A stretch of 64,000 nucleotides of DNA from a virus (taxonomy: Duplodnaviria; Heunggongvirae; Uroviricota; Caudoviricetes). Shown here piece by piece: positions 62,573-64,000 of this stretch. Both the position numbers and the translations under genes were made by a program. The first letter of the stretch is position 1, and each line of letters opens with the position of its first letter. A model generated the notes under the pieces. It did not search any database. It was given only the letters and a program-made list of their open reading frames with translations, and had not been told where the DNA came from. Where the stretch lies: IMG/VR virus record IMGVR_UViG_3300035184_001394, positions 1-64,000 of that record; one strand, 5' to 3'.

Positions 62573-64000
62573 ATGCCTATTAACACAGATCTTAATACTG
62601 CACCGTATTTCGACGATTTCGACATAGCAAATCAATATCATAAGATATTGTTCAAGCCTGGGTATGCAGTTCAAGCCCGTGAACTAACACAACTTCAGAC
62701 TATTTTGCAAAGTCAGATAGAGCAGTTTGGAGATAATATCTTTAAAGAAGGTAGCATAGTTAAAGGTTGTAACTTTACAACGCTAGGTGATTTGCAATTT
62801 GTTAAAGTTATTAATGATATTATACCAGCATCACCCGGTGATCCAACTGATATTTTATCATATGTAAGCAAGCGCGTAGTTGAACAAGTCGTAGGTGGAA
62901 ATGATATTGAAGTAGATTATGTGTATGAAATAGTTGGTACAACTTCTGGATTACGAGCAAGTATATTATCTTCTGCTCGTGGTTTTGAATCACGCCCACC
63001 AGATTTAAATACTTTTTACATAAACTATTTAACAACAAACGAAGACAACAATTATAAAGTCTTTCAAGGCGGCGAAGCTTTAACTATAAATTTGTATAAG
63101 TTTAAAGTGGGAACTACTGAAACAGCTTTCCCGCCTGAATTAGGAAAGGCAACAACGAGTGTAACACTATTTAATAATCCTACCGGTCATGCTTATGGAA
63201 TTCAATCTTCACCCGGAATAGTTTTTCAAAAAGGTCATTTCCTGTTCGCAGAAGAACAAACATTGGTGGTTGCAAAATATTCAAATTTACCTGATAGTGT
63301 TGCTGTTGGTTATACAGTACAAGAAAGACTTACTTCTGCACTAACTGATAATTCTTTGTATGATAATGCAAACGGTTCTAATAACGAAAATGCTCCTGGT
63401 GCTGATAGATTAAAATTACAACCTTTACTTACTGTTTTAAGTACTGGCGCTGCTGACTCAGATCCAACGTTCTTTGCTTTAATTAGGTATCAAAACGGAA
63501 ACGAAATTGCTTTGCGCGATGTATCGCAATATAATGTATTAGGCGAAGAACTTGCCAAGAGAACATTCGAAGAATCCGGTAATTACATTTTAAATGATTT
63601 CAAAATAAAGACAGATCGACGTGATAGTGTCGTCAAAGCGCTTGTTGGTACAGGTACTGCATATGTTAAAGGTTTTCGTGTTGAAAATACAGGCGAGCGT
63701 TCATATACGATAGATCAAATCACTGGTACCGAAATTCACAACAGTCAGCCAGTATCATTTAATTATGGATCATACGTTGATGTCGTATCTTATAATGGAC
63801 AGTTTGATATTGATGTTCCAACTCCGGTTCCATTACTAAACGCAAACACTGTTCAAATTGGTACAACTTACGTATCAAATTTAACACCAACTAAATTATT
63901 TTTACATGGTACTCGATTCGATGTCGGTGAAAGATTCGCAAACGTCGCCAAAATAGACGGACCATATGGTGAAGTTACTGTCGGTAATATATTAAAAGAC
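62573..64000 (+). CDS. structural protein, N-terminal 476 aa; continues beyond the window end
   Basis: ATG 62573 with AAGGAAG SD. Open to the last base. N-terminus MPINTDLNTAPYFDDFDIANQYHKILFKPGYAVQARELTQLQ is a conserved structural-protein N-terminus. Confidence 0.5.
   Translation, partial: MPINTDLNTAPYFDDFDIANQYHKILFKPGYAVQARELTQLQTILQSQIEQFGDNIFKEGSIVKGCNFTTLGDLQFVKVINDIIPASPGDPTDILSYVSKRVVEQVVGGNDIEVDYVYEIVGTTSGLRASILSSARGFESRPPDLNTFYINYLTTNEDNNYKVFQGGEALTINLYKFKVGTTETAFPPELGKATTSVTLFNNPTGHAYGIQSSPGIVFQKGHFLFAEEQTLVVAKYSNLPDSVAVGYTVQERLTSALTDNSLYDNANGSNNENAPGADRLKLQPLLTVLSTGAADSDPTFFALIRYQNGNEIALRDVSQYNVLGEELAKRTFEESGNYILNDFKIKTDRRDSVVKALVGTGTAYVKGFRVENTGERSYTIDQITGTEIHNSQPVSFNYGSYVDVVSYNGQFDIDVPTPVPLLNANTVQIGTTYVSNLTPTKLFLHGTRFDVGERFANVAKIDGPYGEVTVGNILKD

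Noticed and set aside
1-64000. tRNA genes, CRISPR arrays, transposases/IS elements, homing endonucleases
   Set aside because: No GTTCGA/TTCGAATC-type T-arm signatures, no spaced direct-repeat arrays, and no GIY-YIG/HNH/LAGLIDADG or DDE motifs were recognised by eye. tRNAscan/Infernal would be needed to exclude tRNAs formally.

Overview
This window is 64 kb of an AT-rich (roughly one-third GC) T4-like myovirus genome. Synteny of several blocks follows marine T4-like cyanophages rather than T4 itself; the bilin, ClpP/GroES/SPFH/Hsp20 and MazG cargo is, from memory of the literature, typical of marine T4-likes (pelagimyophage/cyanophage/metagenomic PcyX-type phages), which cannot be confirmed from sequence alone. 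All calls are by eye from the supplied ORF translations and the raw sequence; no searches were run.

Layout:
- 1-28.5 kb, minus strand: the replication/recombination core, which are gp41 helicase (partial), UvsX, gp32, gp59, gp33-like, gp43 DNA polymerase, gp46/gp47, gp55, UvsW, UvsY, and topoisomerase gp52 and gp39. Many small early genes and host-like cargo lie between them: heme oxygenase plus a ferredoxin-dependent bilin reductase, GroES, ClpP-like protease and an SPFH/prohibitin protein.
- 28.6-45.5 kb, plus strand: early genes diverge from an AT-rich hub at about 28.5 kb. They include a nucleotide-metabolism/DNA-modification block (MazG-like, MazZ-like, gp42 dCMP hydroxymethylase, dCMP deaminase), DexA, gp45, gp44, gp62, RegA and a late-promoter-driven Hsp20.
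- 45.8-64 kb: late baseplate/tail genes (gp29-like, gp2-like, gp4 on minus; gp48-like, gp53, gp27-like, gp5, gp25, gp6 and large structural proteins on plus).

Regulatory signals are very clear. About 30 sigma70-like early promoters (TTGACA, 17 nt, TATAAT) are present, many followed by a near-identical leader AGTTACATAAATTGATAAAGG. T4-type late promoters (TATAAATA) precede gene 32, uvsW, a gp3-like gene, hsp20 and gp4/gp48.

Three things stand out:
1. uvsX is encoded as two separate ORFs joined only by a naturally split DnaE-type intein (IntN 91 aa, IntC 39 aa).
2. A six-gene module sits between dCMP deaminase and dexA: myo-inositol-1-phosphate synthase, a small HAD phosphatase, an FkbM methyltransferase, an unknown protein, a T4 beta-glucosyltransferase-like protein and a C5-cytosine methyltransferase-like protein. 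It is a candidate new 5-hydroxymethylcytosine hypermodification pathway.
3. The promoter-leader cassettes are mobile, shown by a perfect tandem duplication and a perfect inverted duplication.

No rRNA, tRNA, CRISPR array or transposase was recognised.
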